Source: Bdellovibrionota bacterium
GTDB taxonomy: Bacteria; Bdellovibrionota_C; UBA2361; JBIKUX01
DNA: 64,000 nucleotides
Direction of reading: 5' to 3'
Assembly (NCBI GenBank): GCA_044347345.1
Contig: JBIKUX010000015.1
Span: 1-64,000 of the forward strand
Part shown: positions 29,819 through 40,700 of the stretch, piece by piece
How positions within the stretch are numbered: position 1 is the stretch's first letter
Layout: each line of letters begins with the position of its first letter
Program-made: the position numbers and the translations under genes
The notes under the pieces: model-generated
The model's input: only the letters and a program-made list of their open reading frames with translations
Told to the model about the DNA's origin: nothing
Databases searched by the model: none

Positions 29819-30883
29819 TTAACTTTGAAATTCTCTTATATATTCTGCCACTCTTAGAGCTGAATTTATGGAAAATGCATTGTATAAATTTACGCGAATT
29901 CCTCCCAGCATTTTGTGACCAGAAAGACCCAGTATTCCCTCATGTTTAGCATTTCTGATGAACTTAGCTTCTCCATCGGAAGAACTGATATTAAATGTAG
30001 CATTCATTATACTTCTTACATTACGGTCTGTATACGGAATACACAGGGAGTTACCGTCAATTGCTTCGTAGATTATTTTGGCTTTTTTTAGATTTCTTTG
30101 TTCCATCTCCGCTAAGCCACCTTCATCTTTTATCCAACGCAGTACCTCTCTGACTACAAAGATGGGAAGAACTGGAGGTGTATTGTAGACAGACTGATTA
30201 TCTCTGAAGGTTCGGTAATTTAGCATAATTGGAAGTGAGTTTGAGCTTTTGTTTAAGAGTGCGCGACGAGCAACAACAACCGTGACTCCAGCAGGACCTA
30301 AGTTTTTTTGTGCTGAAGCATAGATTAATCCTACCTGAGAAAGGTCAATTGGACGTGATAAAAAATCGGACGATGCGTCGACTACTAGTGTTATATCATC
30401 AGATAGTTTCGGCAGGGTAGGCCATTGTGAGCCAATTATTGTGTTGTTGCTGGTTATATGCACATATCCGCAGTTTTCTGGTAATTCAGCTATTTCTGGA
30501 AGATTACGAAATTTGTTATCTTCAGAAGTACCGAGAACAATTGTTTCGCCAAATTTACTAGCTTCAGCCAAAGCTTTACTGGCCCACACTCCGGTATTGA
30601 TATATCCTGCAACTTTACCCTTCTCAAGAAGATTCATTGGTACCATAGAGAATTGAGCGGTAGCCCCACCTACACAAAACATGACGCACCATTCATCTAA
30701 GGATATACCTAGAAGATCCGCTAAAAGCTTTTCGCTGTCACTGATAATAGCCAGAGAAACAGGCTCCCGATGACTTATCTCCATTAAGCCAACACCAGTA
30801 CCATCAAAATTATCTAAAGCTTTTTTAGTAGCTAAAACTGCTGATTCTGGAAGGATAGCAGGACCTGCATAACAATTTATCAT
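29819..30883 (-). CDS. serC: Phosphoserine aminotransferase
   Basis: AGPAILP, MEISHR, GGATAQF, SNNTI.G, DASS, AQKNLGPAG and NTPP. Confidence 0.95.
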   Translation of the reverse strand: MINCYAGPAILPESAVLATKKALDNFDGTGVGLMEISHREPVSLAIISDSEKLLADLLGISLDEWCVMFCVGGATAQFSMVPMNLLEKGKVAGYINTGVWASKALAEASKFGETIVLGTSEDNKFRNLPEIAELPENCGYVHITSNNTIIGSQWPTLPKLSDDITLVVDASSDFLSRPIDLSQVGLIYASAQKNLGPAGVTVVVARRALLNKSSNSLPIMLNYRTFRDNQSVYNTPPVLPIFVVREVLRWIKDEGGLAEMEQRNLKKAKIIYEAIDGNSLCIPYTDRNVRSIMNATFNISSSDGEAKFIRNAKHEGILGLSGHKMLGGIRVNLYNAFSINSALRVAEYIREFQS

Positions 30884-31066
30884 AAAAGCTCTGTTTGTAA
30901 CGATTGGCTATAAGACTTAACTCTCAAAAAAAAGGATTTACTACTCTGTATAGTAGAATTTATTTCCCTTGGGAAAACATAACATGGCATAATGAGTAAC
31001 TAATTCGTTATTTTACAAACCTTATAATTACTGGAGCAATTTTTTTAGGCGACGGGGCTCCCTATC

Positions 31067-32701
31067 TTAAAAATACTTACCATCAAACGATATTGACGTA
31101 GGATAAATAATAGTATCCTTACAAAAGTCTTTTGAAGTGTGTAAATAGTCGATGTTATAATGAAGACCCCTACTCTCCTTGCGAGCTATGCTCGATTTAA
31201 TTACCAGCTCAGCAACTAAACTCAAATTTCTAAGTTCGAGAAGATCTGAAGTGACAAAATGATTCCAGAAATACTCATGTATTTCATGTTGAATTAAGTT
31301 TACTCTCCTTAAAGCACGTTCAAGTCTTTTATTGCTTCGAACAATCCCAACATAGTTCCACATGCACTGTCTAAGTTCGTCCCAGTTTTGGCTAACAATT
31401 ACGGCTTCATCACTTGGTGCTGCGTCTCCCACGTTCCATTTAGGTATACTTGGAATAAGGTCTTCTGGTGAGAGGCTTGTATTGAGCGATTGTATTGCAT
31501 CACATGCAGCACGGTATCCAAATACCACCCCCTCCAAAAGACTATTGGAAGCGAGTCGATTAGCTCCATGGAGCCCAGAAGAAGCGCATTCACCAGCTAC
31601 ATAAAGATTCTGTAGCTCTGTTTTCCCCCACTTATCTGCTACTACACCGCCACAAAGAAAATGTGCGGCTGGCACAACAGGAATGGGTTCTTTTGTAATA
31701 TCAATACCAAATGTCTTGCATTTCTCATAAATGGTGGGAAAGTGAGAGCAAATAAAACTATTTTCTCGATGACTAATATCTAGGAACACATAGTCATCTC
31801 CAGTTCGCTTTAGCTCGTTATCAATGGCTCGTGCAACTATGTCACGCGGAGCTAGCTCCAGAAGAGAGTCATACCTCGCCATAAATCTTTCTCCACTTCG
31901 GAGTCGCAAAGTTGCTCCTTCTCCCCGTAAAGCTTCGGAAATGAGAAAAGACTTGGCGTCTGGATGAAAAAGACAAGTAGGATGAAATTGGAAGAATTCC
32001 ATATTTGCTACGGGTGCTCCTGCGCGGAAGCACATAGCTATGCCATCTCCGGTGGCAATGTCGGGGTTGGAAGTATACTTATAAACTTTCCCAGCACCAC
32101 CAGTTGCTACAAGCACTTTGCGAGCCAAAAAGCGACTAATTTTGCCGTCGGGAAGAAGTACGTAGGCTCCAAACACCTCTTTTTTTGATTGGTCAACATT
32201 ATTGCTGGATAAATGATGATTCGATATGAGATCGATGGCAAAAGCATTTTCAATAAAAATTATTCGCTCATTCTGTTTAGCCTGCTTGAGCAAAGCTTCA
32301 TGAATGACTCGACCCGTAGCATCTGCCGCATGATATATTCGGCGTCGAGAATGTCCGCCTTCTCGGTGGAGATGAAAACGGCCGTTTTTATCTTGGTCGA
32401 AGTTTGTGCCAAGACGTATAAGCTCGTTTACACGAGCAGGACCTTCTCGGATTACTAATTCAACAATTTCTCTGTTAGCAATTCCACCACCTGTTTTAAG
32501 CGTATCTTCAATGTGCAAGTCAAGAGAATCCTCCTCCTGCTCGCTCACTGCTGCTATTCCACCTTGAGCCCATGCCGTAGACGATATCGATGCTTCTTTT
32601 TTACATAGCACTTGCACTTGACCGTGCTTTGCAGCTTCAAGGGCAAAGGTAAGCCCCGCAATGCCCCCTCCTATTACAAGAAAATCTGAAACGTGTTCCA
32701 C
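31067..32701 (-). CDS. nadB: L-aspartate oxidase
   Basis: GGGIAG, AQGGIA, EGGHS.RRI.H, QFHPT, SEALRGEG, LAPRDIVAR, HGANRLASNSLLE and ESRGLH. Confidence 0.96.
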   Translation of the reverse strand: MEHVSDFLVIGGGIAGLTFALEAAKHGQVQVLCKKEASISSTAWAQGGIAAVSEQEEDSLDLHIEDTLKTGGGIANREIVELVIREGPARVNELIRLGTNFDQDKNGRFHLHREGGHSRRRIYHAADATGRVIHEALLKQAKQNERIIFIENAFAIDLISNHHLSSNNVDQSKKEVFGAYVLLPDGKISRFLARKVLVATGGAGKVYKYTSNPDIATGDGIAMCFRAGAPVANMEFFQFHPTCLFHPDAKSFLISEALRGEGATLRLRSGERFMARYDSLLELAPRDIVARAIDNELKRTGDDYVFLDISHRENSFICSHFPTIYEKCKTFGIDITKEPIPVVPAAHFLCGGVVADKWGKTELQNLYVAGECASSGLHGANRLASNSLLEGVVFGYRAACDAIQSLNTSLSPEDLIPSIPKWNVGDAAPSDEAVIVSQNWDELRQCMWNYVGIVRSNKRLERALRRVNLIQHEIHEYFWNHFVTSDLLELRNLSLVAELVIKSSIARKESRGLHYNIDYLHTSKDFCKDTIIYPTSISFDGKYF

Positions 32702-32719
32702 AAAATATGGTACTCTTTT

Positions 32720-33487
32720 TTAAACTGGAAGACGTTTAAACAATACCTCAGGAATTAAGCCAAGAATTTTCATAATTATCTCCCAAAACCAAGGAGTATA
32801 AATAACATTACGGCGCTTAACTGCGGCACGCACAATATCTTGTGCTACTCTACTGGGCTGAGCAAATAAGATTCCTTTACGCATATCTGCTGTCATAGGT
32901 GTGTCGACAAATCCAGGTTTAATAGTCAAAATATGCACATTTGATGAGCTGTATTCACTACGTAATCCCGAAAGAAAAGTAGTAAGAGCGCCTTTAGTCG
33001 CACAATACCAATATTTCTTCCTTCTTCCTCTATCGCCAGCAACCGAACTAATGACGCCTACAACACCTTTTATACTTTGCTTTGCCATTAACTGAGCACA
33101 TTGTTCTGTAATTAGAGCAGTGCTTAGAAAGTTTGTAGTAACTAGATTAAGTCTACCTTGAGGGGTTGTTTCGCTGGTGAGATTACCGTGAGCAACTAAC
33201 ACTAGATCGACAGGCTCATCATTAAACATTTTGTTTATGAAATCAGGAATAGCATCTATATTACAGAAGTCAAATAACTCAGTTGAAACTGTAGCCTGAC
33301 GTACAGACAAGTCTTGTGATAAGGTTTTTAACTTTTCGGCTGAACGGCCTACTAAAGTAATTGTTATGCCTTGGCCAGCTAGCGCTTGTGCTGTAGCTAT
33401 AGCTATACCTGAGGTAGCTCCAAAGATTACAATTCTCTTAAAAGAATGAAGAGGAGATACCGCTGAAAATGTTTCTGGAGATGTCAT
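32720..33487 (-). CDS. Short-chain dehydrogenase, DprE2-like
   Basis: GATSGIA, SSVAGDRGR, YCATK, IKPGFVDTPMT and YTPWFW..IM.....IPE..F; adjacent to a DPPR-synthase-type UbiA. Confidence 0.8.
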   Translation of the reverse strand: MTSPETFSAVSPLHSFKRIVIFGATSGIAIATAQALAGQGITITLVGRSAEKLKTLSQDLSVRQATVSTELFDFCNIDAIPDFINKMFNDEPVDLVLVAHGNLTSETTPQGRLNLVTTNFLSTALITEQCAQLMAKQSIKGVVGVISSVAGDRGRRKKYWYCATKGALTTFLSGLRSEYSSSNVHILTIKPGFVDTPMTADMRKGILFAQPSRVAQDIVRAAVKRRNVIYTPWFWEIIMKILGLIPEVLFKRLPV

Positions 33488-33516
33488 AAATAAATACTTA
33501 GTATGATTAATTATTA

Positions 33517-35178
33517 TTAAAAAGTTGCGACTAATAATATTAGCAATCCCAAACTGGCTACAACGTAGCTTTGAAAATCAGTTAGTGCAAATAGTACTGG
33601 ATCTTCTACCAGTTCGCCACGAGCCGCTAAAAACCACACTCGGAGAATCCAGTAAAGTGCCAGTGGTCCTGAGAGTAATAGTAGATCAGGTGTATGATAA
33701 AATTGAGTTACGGCAGGGCTGGTTACATACAGCGCAAGTACCATAACGGCTGTGACCCCACTTGAAAGACCAATGCTTTGCATAGCACTAGCGTCAGATG
33801 CTAGATAACCTCGTCCGGTAGCCTTTGTTTCTCCTCTTTCGTTTAAGCTTTGAAGTTCAACAAACCTTTTTACTGCACCGAGACTTAGGAAAAAGAATAC
33901 TGAAAATGCAAGTAGCCAAGGAGATGAGTTGAGATTAGTAGCTACGCATCCAGCAAATATGCGAGTTGTGTAAAGTAGAGCAAGGGTGAGGATGTCTATA
34001 ACTAAAAGACGTTTTAGCACAGACGAATAAAGTAAGGTTACAGTGAAATAAAGAGTGAGCACTAGTATAACTTTGCTTGAAATAGTCTGGGCTAAAACTA
34101 CTGCCGAAAATATGAGGATGACTGTTAATTTTAGAGCATCAGTTATATCAAGAGTTCCACGAGCTAAAGGGCGAAAACGTTTGATAGGATGACGGCGGTC
34201 TGATGGTAAATCTAAGAGGTCATTTATTAAATATACTGCTGATGCGCATAAACTAAAAGATAGCGCTGCAATTAGTGCTGAAAAAAGTAAGCTAAAATTA
34301 TTTAGCTTATGTGCAAAGATAAGAGGAACAAAAAGTAAGAGATTTTTTGACCATTGATGAATGCGAAGCGCTTTGCTAAGAACATGAAATCTGCTTGTAT
34401 CAGGTATAAGATGGGCACCCGCAGTATTATCTGCACCCGCAGTATTATCTGCACCCGCGGCATTATCTGCACCCGCGGCATTATCTGCATTAAGTGCCTT
34501 TAGTGTCTGATCGCCATTATTATTATTACTATTATTAGGGGTATCATTAGCTGAACTTAACACTTGAATATTAAGTTCAGTTGGTAAATTTTTTATTCTG
34601 TTGCTAAATATGAAGTTACTATTTACTACGAAGCTCTTGTGAGAATTTTTCCATACAGGAATATCTGCTTTACAATCGCCAATATAATCAAAACCTTTTT
34701 GATTAAATCGTTTTGATAGCTCATCTGCCTTTCTGCTACCTTTTAAGTTTGTTTCATTGGAAGTAGCGATTACCTCATCAAATAAACCAAGGTGGTCAGC
34801 TGCCTGCTGAGCGATTATTTTATGGCTGGCAGTAGCAAGAACAATATGACGACCTTCTTTTTTTGCGCTCTTTATTTTATGTATAACCTCTTCTCGCCAA
34901 GGAAGCTCTGCTAAATTTAGATGAGCATTACGGGCTATAAATTCTTTAATGAATGTCTTTCCTTTAATGAGAGCAGGAATAAGATTGAAAAGTAGTGTAG
35001 GGTTTGTTCGAATTATCGCGAGTAATCCCTCATAAAGCAGGTCTGAGCGACACAGTGTTCCATCAAGATCAACACATAGAGGGATAGATGAACTTGAGTT
35101 AGGTAAGTGAGAGTCGTTTTGGGGAATTGTCCTTTCTTGTTTATCTAGAGAGTTGTTTGGTGAAATACTAGAGTTCAT
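33517..35178 (-). CDS. HAD-like domain + UbiA prenyltransferase fusion (decaprenyl-phosphate phosphoribosyltransferase type)
   Basis: VDLDGTL...YIGD in the N-domain; LRIHQWSKN, YLINDLLD...DR.HP.KR.RPLA.G, KR..E and DPVLFAL in the membrane domain. Start 35178 avoids overlap with mgtE. Confidence 0.85.
   Translation of the reverse strand: MNSSISPNNSLDKQERTIPQNDSHLPNSSSSIPLCVDLDGTLCRSDLLYEGLLAIIRTNPTLLFNLIPALIKGKTFIKEFIARNAHLNLAELPWREEVIHKIKSAKKEGRHIVLATASHKIIAQQAADHLGLFDEVIATSNETNLKGSRKADELSKRFNQKGFDYIGDCKADIPVWKNSHKSFVVNSNFIFSNRIKNLPTELNIQVLSSANDTPNNSNNNNGDQTLKALNADNAAGADNAAGADNTAGADNTAGAHLIPDTSRFHVLSKALRIHQWSKNLLLFVPLIFAHKLNNFSLLFSALIAALSFSLCASAVYLINDLLDLPSDRRHPIKRFRPLARGTLDITDALKLTVILIFSAVVLAQTISSKVILVLTLYFTVTLLYSSVLKRLLVIDILTLALLYTTRIFAGCVATNLNSSPWLLAFSVFFFLSLGAVKRFVELQSLNERGETKATGRGYLASDASAMQSIGLSSGVTAVMVLALYVTSPAVTQFYHTPDLLLLSGPLALYWILRVWFLAARGELVEDPVLFALTDFQSYVVASLGLLILLVATF
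34415..34489. repeat. In-frame 18-bp tandem repeat x4 (ADN[AT]AG) in the HAD-UbiA linker
   Basis: GCACCCGCAGTATTATCT x2, then GCACCCGCGGCATTATCT x2. Confidence 0.93.
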
Positions 35179-35246
35179 TGATTCGTGTACTTTGCTGTTG
35201 GAAGGGTATCTTCGCAAAATTTTAGCAAACATAATAGAGACTGACG

Positions 35247-36581
35247 ATGGATAGCCTACTTGCTCGTTCAATTTTTAATGCTGATATATCTCAGCTAACT
35301 CAGTTTAAAGAAGAACTCAACTCACTTGCCCCTGTTGATACTGGAGAGTTGATCGTTCACCTTCCTGCTGAGCGTCGTGCATTAGCGTTCCGGTTGTTAG
35401 AAAAAAACCATGCAACTCAAGTGTTTGAATATTTGACTCCTGAGGTACAACAAGAGCTTATCGAATCTTTGTACGATTCTCAGGTTCTTCATCTGGTTGA
35501 ATCGATGAGTCCAGATGACAGAGCGCTTCTATTTGATGAGCTTCCAGCTTCTGTTGTTCAGAGGCTTCTTGCTCAACTGAGTCCTGCGGCTAGGCAAGAT
35601 ACTGCTACCATACTGGGATATTTGGAGGGCACTGCTGGCCGAATAATGACAACAGAATACGTTCGGTTAACTGAAGGCTTAACTGTTGAGCAAGCAACTG
35701 CGAAAATGAAACTTCAGGATAGAGATAAAGAGACTATATATTATGCTTACGTTACTGACGAAAACAGGATGCTTGTTGGTGTAGTATCGTTGCGGCAACT
35801 TATTTTTTCATTACCAGATGTGTTAGTTCGCGATATAGCTAGTACAAAAATTATTAAAGTGGCTACTGATACTCCTCAGGAAGATGTGGCCCGAATGATG
35901 AAAAGATATGATTTAATTGCTTTGCCGGTTGTTGATAAAGAATCAAGGTTGGTAGGTCTTGTAACTATTGATGATATAATTGATGTCGTTGACGAAGAAG
36001 CTACCGAGGACGTACAAAAAATTGTCGGTGGCTCGGGAGATGAACAAGCGTTATGTCATCCTTTAGTTACAATTCAAAAGCGCCTCCCTTGGTTGTTGGG
36101 AAATATCTTTTTATATATTGGGGCAGCCAGTGCCGTTGCTCCGTTTCAGCGAACTATATCGATGGTTCCAGTTATAGCAGTAATTATGCCTATATTGTCA
36201 AATACTAGCGGAAATGTTGCTATACAGTCGCTAGCTGTAACAGTAAGGGGGCTGGGTGTGGGAGAGATTACCACAGCAGATACTCTAAAGCTTGTCCAAA
36301 AAGAACTTATTGCCGCTTGTGGTTTAGCTTTAGGACTCGGTGCAGCACTAGGAATGCTTTCTTTGCTTTGGTCTTCAGAAGGGGCTATCTGGTTAGCCGC
36401 AATTGCGGCCGCGATAATGTGTCTAAATGTTTTTATAGCCGCTACACTAGGCACTCTTTTACCGATGTTGCTAAAAAGGTACAAATTAGACCCTGCGCTT
36501 ATAAGCGGGCCGCTTTTGACTACCATTCTTGATGCAATCGGGTTCTTTTCTTTTTTAGTATGTGTAAGCTCCTTAGCCTGA
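35247..36581 (+). CDS. mgtE: Magnesium transporter MgtE
   Basis: MgtE N-domain, CBS pair (TAGRIMTTEY, LPVVD), RLPWL, GNVAIQS and DPALISGPLLTTILD. Confidence 0.95.
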   Translation: MDSLLARSIFNADISQLTQFKEELNSLAPVDTGELIVHLPAERRALAFRLLEKNHATQVFEYLTPEVQQELIESLYDSQVLHLVESMSPDDRALLFDELPASVVQRLLAQLSPAARQDTATILGYLEGTAGRIMTTEYVRLTEGLTVEQATAKMKLQDRDKETIYYAYVTDENRMLVGVVSLRQLIFSLPDVLVRDIASTKIIKVATDTPQEDVARMMKRYDLIALPVVDKESRLVGLVTIDDIIDVVDEEATEDVQKIVGGSGDEQALCHPLVTIQKRLPWLLGNIFLYIGAASAVAPFQRTISMVPVIAVIMPILSNTSGNVAIQSLAVTVRGLGVGEITTADTLKLVQKELIAACGLALGLGAALGMLSLLWSSEGAIWLAAIAAAIMCLNVFIAATLGTLLPMLLKRYKLDPALISGPLLTTILDAIGFFSFLVCVSSLA

Positions 36582-36898
36582 AGATAATTAACCCACTTAA
36601 GTGGAAAAAATCTACTTTCGTCACTTGGAGGGTTTCATCTTGACTAAATTCAGGGTAAAGAAGTGAGGGATATATTTTTTTGTGTTTTAGAAAAGAAAAG
36701 TATCTCTACAAAAAAAGCAAATTTAGAGAAAGGCAAATTAGTAAAATATTTATTTTGCGACTCTATCTCTTTTTTTTTGAGGGAAATGCCAATTAAAATT
36801 ATTACATGAAGAGTCGAAGAGGTAATTTTCCAAGAATAGCTTTGAAGCCATCAGTCTTTTTGATGCTTACGAGGTTTTCAGAGCTTAGGAGGCGGTTG

Positions 36899-37681
36899 AT
36901 GCCTACACGGCTGCTGGTACTTAGTACCGTAGCTCTGACTGTAGTCATAGTTGCGTCATTCGCTATCGTAAGGAGAGTTGAAGTATCGAAAAACTCTGAA
37001 GTAGTACCAACTCCTAAATTATCGAAAAATGCCGGTTTGAGTTCTCTGGTGGGTGTAAATGAAGCATTGGCACAGCCAGATGGTGGAACAAACGCTGCTA
37101 ATACTGGAAGCGGTATTCCTGAGACTAGTTATCCAGATTATCCGGCGGCTGGCATTGAGTCTGGCGTATGGAACGACGGAAAGGCTGCATTGTGGGACTT
37201 ATCAATCATTGACCACTACAAGTATGTTGGTGCTGAGGAAAGAGCTGATGGCTATCGTCCTGAACAGCCAATAAATTTTAGCCACATAGTTCATGTCCAA
37301 AAAAACAAGATGGAGTGCCAGTATTGTCATTGGAATGTTAACAAGTCCAACTATGCTGCAATTCCTGAAGTAGAGTCATGTATGGGCTGTCATAATTTGG
37401 TAAAAGGTAGTGATGAAGCTAGTCGTAAAGAGATCGCTAAATTGGAAGATTACTACAAACGTGGAGAGCCTATTCCTTGGGAAAAGGTTCATGTGATGCC
37501 AAATCATTACAAGTTTAATCATAAGCGTCATGTCAAAGCTGGTGTTACTTGCCACCAATGTCATGGCCAGGTCGGGGAAATGGCTGTAGTAGAGCGAACA
37601 AGTTCAATGAAAATGGGCTGGTGTATAGATTGCCATCGTGAACAGGGCACGAGTATTGATTGTGCTACCTGCCACTATTAA
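36899..37681 (+). CDS. actA: Alternative complex III pentaheme cytochrome c subunit
   Basis: N-terminal TM helix, PEQPINFSH and five CxxCH (CQYCH, CMGCH, CHQCH, CIDCH, CATCH). AGGAGG RBS precedes ATG 36899. Confidence 0.92.
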   Translation: MPTRLLVLSTVALTVVIVASFAIVRRVEVSKNSEVVPTPKLSKNAGLSSLVGVNEALAQPDGGTNAANTGSGIPETSYPDYPAAGIESGVWNDGKAALWDLSIIDHYKYVGAEERADGYRPEQPINFSHIVHVQKNKMECQYCHWNVNKSNYAAIPEVESCMGCHNLVKGSDEASRKEIAKLEDYYKRGEPIPWEKVHVMPNHYKFNHKRHVKAGVTCHQCHGQVGEMAVVERTSSMKMGWCIDCHREQGTSIDCATCHY

Positions 37682-37714
37682 AGATTGTGATATTTGATTC
37701 GGTTGTGAGAGTTT

Positions 37715-40700
37715 ATGACCATAACGCAAAAACGAAACAGTCTAGTTATTCTCGATAATGGACTCGAAGAGATTCAGTCAAAAATGTCTTCGGATTTATC
37801 TGTTTGTTCCGATGTAGCCGAATCAGTGACTGAAGGTGCTTCCAAAGAGGGCGAAACTGTTAGTAGAAGAGGCTTTTTAAAGATTTTGGGTACAGCGTCT
37901 GCTGCAACTACTGCTGTAGCCTGTGCTCCCGACAAGCGACACGATATTTTTCCTCACGTTAAAGGTCAAAATGGTTCAATACCTGGTGAGCCTGTTTGGT
38001 ATAAAAGCACCTGTACAGAATGTAGTGCAGGATGCGGTACAATGGTTAAATCCGTTGATGGTAGGACTATAAAAGTTGAAGGCAACAAAGAGCACCCTAT
38101 CAACCGAGGAGGCTTATGTGCATTGGGACAAGCTTCGCTACAGCATCTTTACGATCCTGACAGAGTAAGACAGCCTTTGAAGCGTACTTTAGACCGTCGT
38201 GGTAAACCGCAATTTATTCCTATAAGTTGGGATGAGGTAATTGGTGAAGTAGGGCAAGCTTTAAAAAAGACAGATAAGAAGCATGTGTCACTTTTAGGTA
38301 CGCTCTCTACATCTTCTGTTGATTTATTTTCTTTGCTCAGTGAGAAGGTAGGGGTTCGTCCGGTTTATGCTGATATTTCTGAGCCTGTGGCACTTGCTGA
38401 AGCAAATCTTGCCGTATTTGGTGAGTATGGGGTTCCTAAATATAAATTTGAGAATGCTGATTTTATCTTAAACTTTGGGGCAGATTTTTTAGAGACTTGG
38501 ATTTCTCCGTGTGAATTCGCGCGTGGATGGTCTCGAGCAAAGCGAGCTGATCCGCCACTCATGTATGTGCATTTTGAGCCTCGTTTATCTCTTACTGGGG
38601 CTAATGCAGACCTTTGGCGAAATATCACTCCTGGGAGTGAGCTTGCAATTGTAAGAGCAATTATTTCAAGAATACTAGAAGAAAACCCTTCAGCAAAAAG
38701 TTTGTTAACGGTAGATATACCGGACACCAGCACTGATGATGCATCAAAGATATCAGGTGTAAACAAGAATGACATTGAACGAGTAGTTCAGTTATTGCTG
38801 AAAGCTAAATCACCGCTGATTATAGCTGGAGGTGTTGCTGCCGCTACTGCTGACCCTCTTGCGTTACTTGTTGCTGTGCAGGTATTAAATCGAATTGTGG
38901 GTGGAGTTGGTAAAACTGTTTTCCCAAATGAAACTCGCGAAGTTTTTTCATCGCAAACTCAATTTGCTGAATTAGTAAATGACCTTAACGATGAAAAAAT
39001 TGGAGTAATGTTTACCCATGGCGGTAATCAAGCCTTTACTTGCGCCGGAGAATTTCAATTCGGTATCGCAGCTAGAAAAAGTGAGCTTACTGTCGCTTTA
39101 AGTAGCCATCTTGATGAGACAACTTCTCTCGCTGATTTTATTTTGCCGGTTCACACTGGGTTAGAAAGTTGGGGATATCATAGGTCATCTGTTGACTCTA
39201 TCTCTACTATTCAGCCTTCAATGGCACCTGTTTTTGATACACGAGATGTAGGAGATATACTGCTACAGCTAGCAAGTGCTACTGGAAAAGATTTAGCTCC
39301 GCAAAAAACAATGAAAGACTTTGTTTTTGCTCAATTTTCTCCTGATCTTGTGGTTTCTTCAAATTCTACCCAAGAGGCGGATATTTTTAAGAGTTGGGTA
39401 AAGATTTTAGCGACTGGCGGAATATTTGGTGAAGCAGCTCGTAAGAGCAAGATTGGTTCTAATTATCGAGCTAAGGTAGATGTTCCCTCTGCTGAAAGTC
39501 TTCGTGCTAGGGTCAGTGTTGCAACTGAGCAGTTTTCTCAATTATTTGTTACTGAAGAAAAAAATGAGCTTTTGTTGTACCCTTATCCATCAATTAAGAC
39601 TTTTGATGGTAGGTCGGCAAATCGTCCTTGGCTGCAAGAACTTCCAGATCCCATAACTCAATTAGTTTGGGATACATGGGCTGAGCTGCATCCGCTGACA
39701 GCTAAGGAATTAGGTGTTGAGCAGGGTGACCTTATTAATTTAAGAACTACTTTCGGTGAGGTCAGGGTTCCTCTCTATATCACTCCATACGTTACTCCGA
39801 ATATTGTAGCAGTACCTACAGGACAAGGACACGAAGCTTACGGTCGATTTGCTCAGGCAGTAGGTAACGGCAATGTTTTTTCCTTAATCAATAAATCAGT
39901 TAGTGGAAGCAGTGAGAGTGCACCTCTTTTAAATACCAAAGTAAAAGTGTTTAGGGGTTCTGGATCTCATACTTTGGTTTCTACTACCGGTAGTAGGTCG
40001 CAAGAAGATAGAGGTCTAGCTAAAACCAAACTCATTCCACCTCCCGGCGAAAAACTACATTCTCACGATCATAAAGGCCATGATGGGGGTCATCATCATC
40101 ATGGTCCGGTTAAGCAAATGTACCATCAGCGTGAGCATCCTGTTTACCGTTGGGGCATGTCTATTGATCTAAATGCATGTACCGGCTGTAGTGCCTGCGT
40201 GGTAGCTTGTTACGCCGAGAACAATATTCCTGTAGTAGGCAAAGAGATGAATGCTATGGGTCGTGAAATGTCTTGGCTACGCATTGAGCGTTATATAGAC
40301 AGTGAGCCTGATGAAGAATTACAGGTCAGTTATTTACCAATGTTGTGTCAACACTGTAATAATGCTCCTTGTGAGCCAGTGTGCCCTGTTTATGCCACTT
40401 ATCACAATGAAGAGGGCTTAAATGCAATGGTATACAATAGATGTGTGGGAACACGTTATTGTTCAAATAACTGCTCTTATAAAGTAAGGCGGTTTAACTG
40501 GGTGGATATCGAATTCCCAGAGCCTTTAAGCTGGCAACTTAATCCATATGTAACTAAGCGTACAGGTGGAGTTATGGAAAAGTGTACTTTCTGCGTACAA
40601 CGGATCCATGAAGCTCAAGATAGAGCCAAGGATGAAGGTCGCTTTGTAATGGACGGAGAAATTCAACCTGCATGCGTGCAAAGTTGTCCTACTGAGGCGA

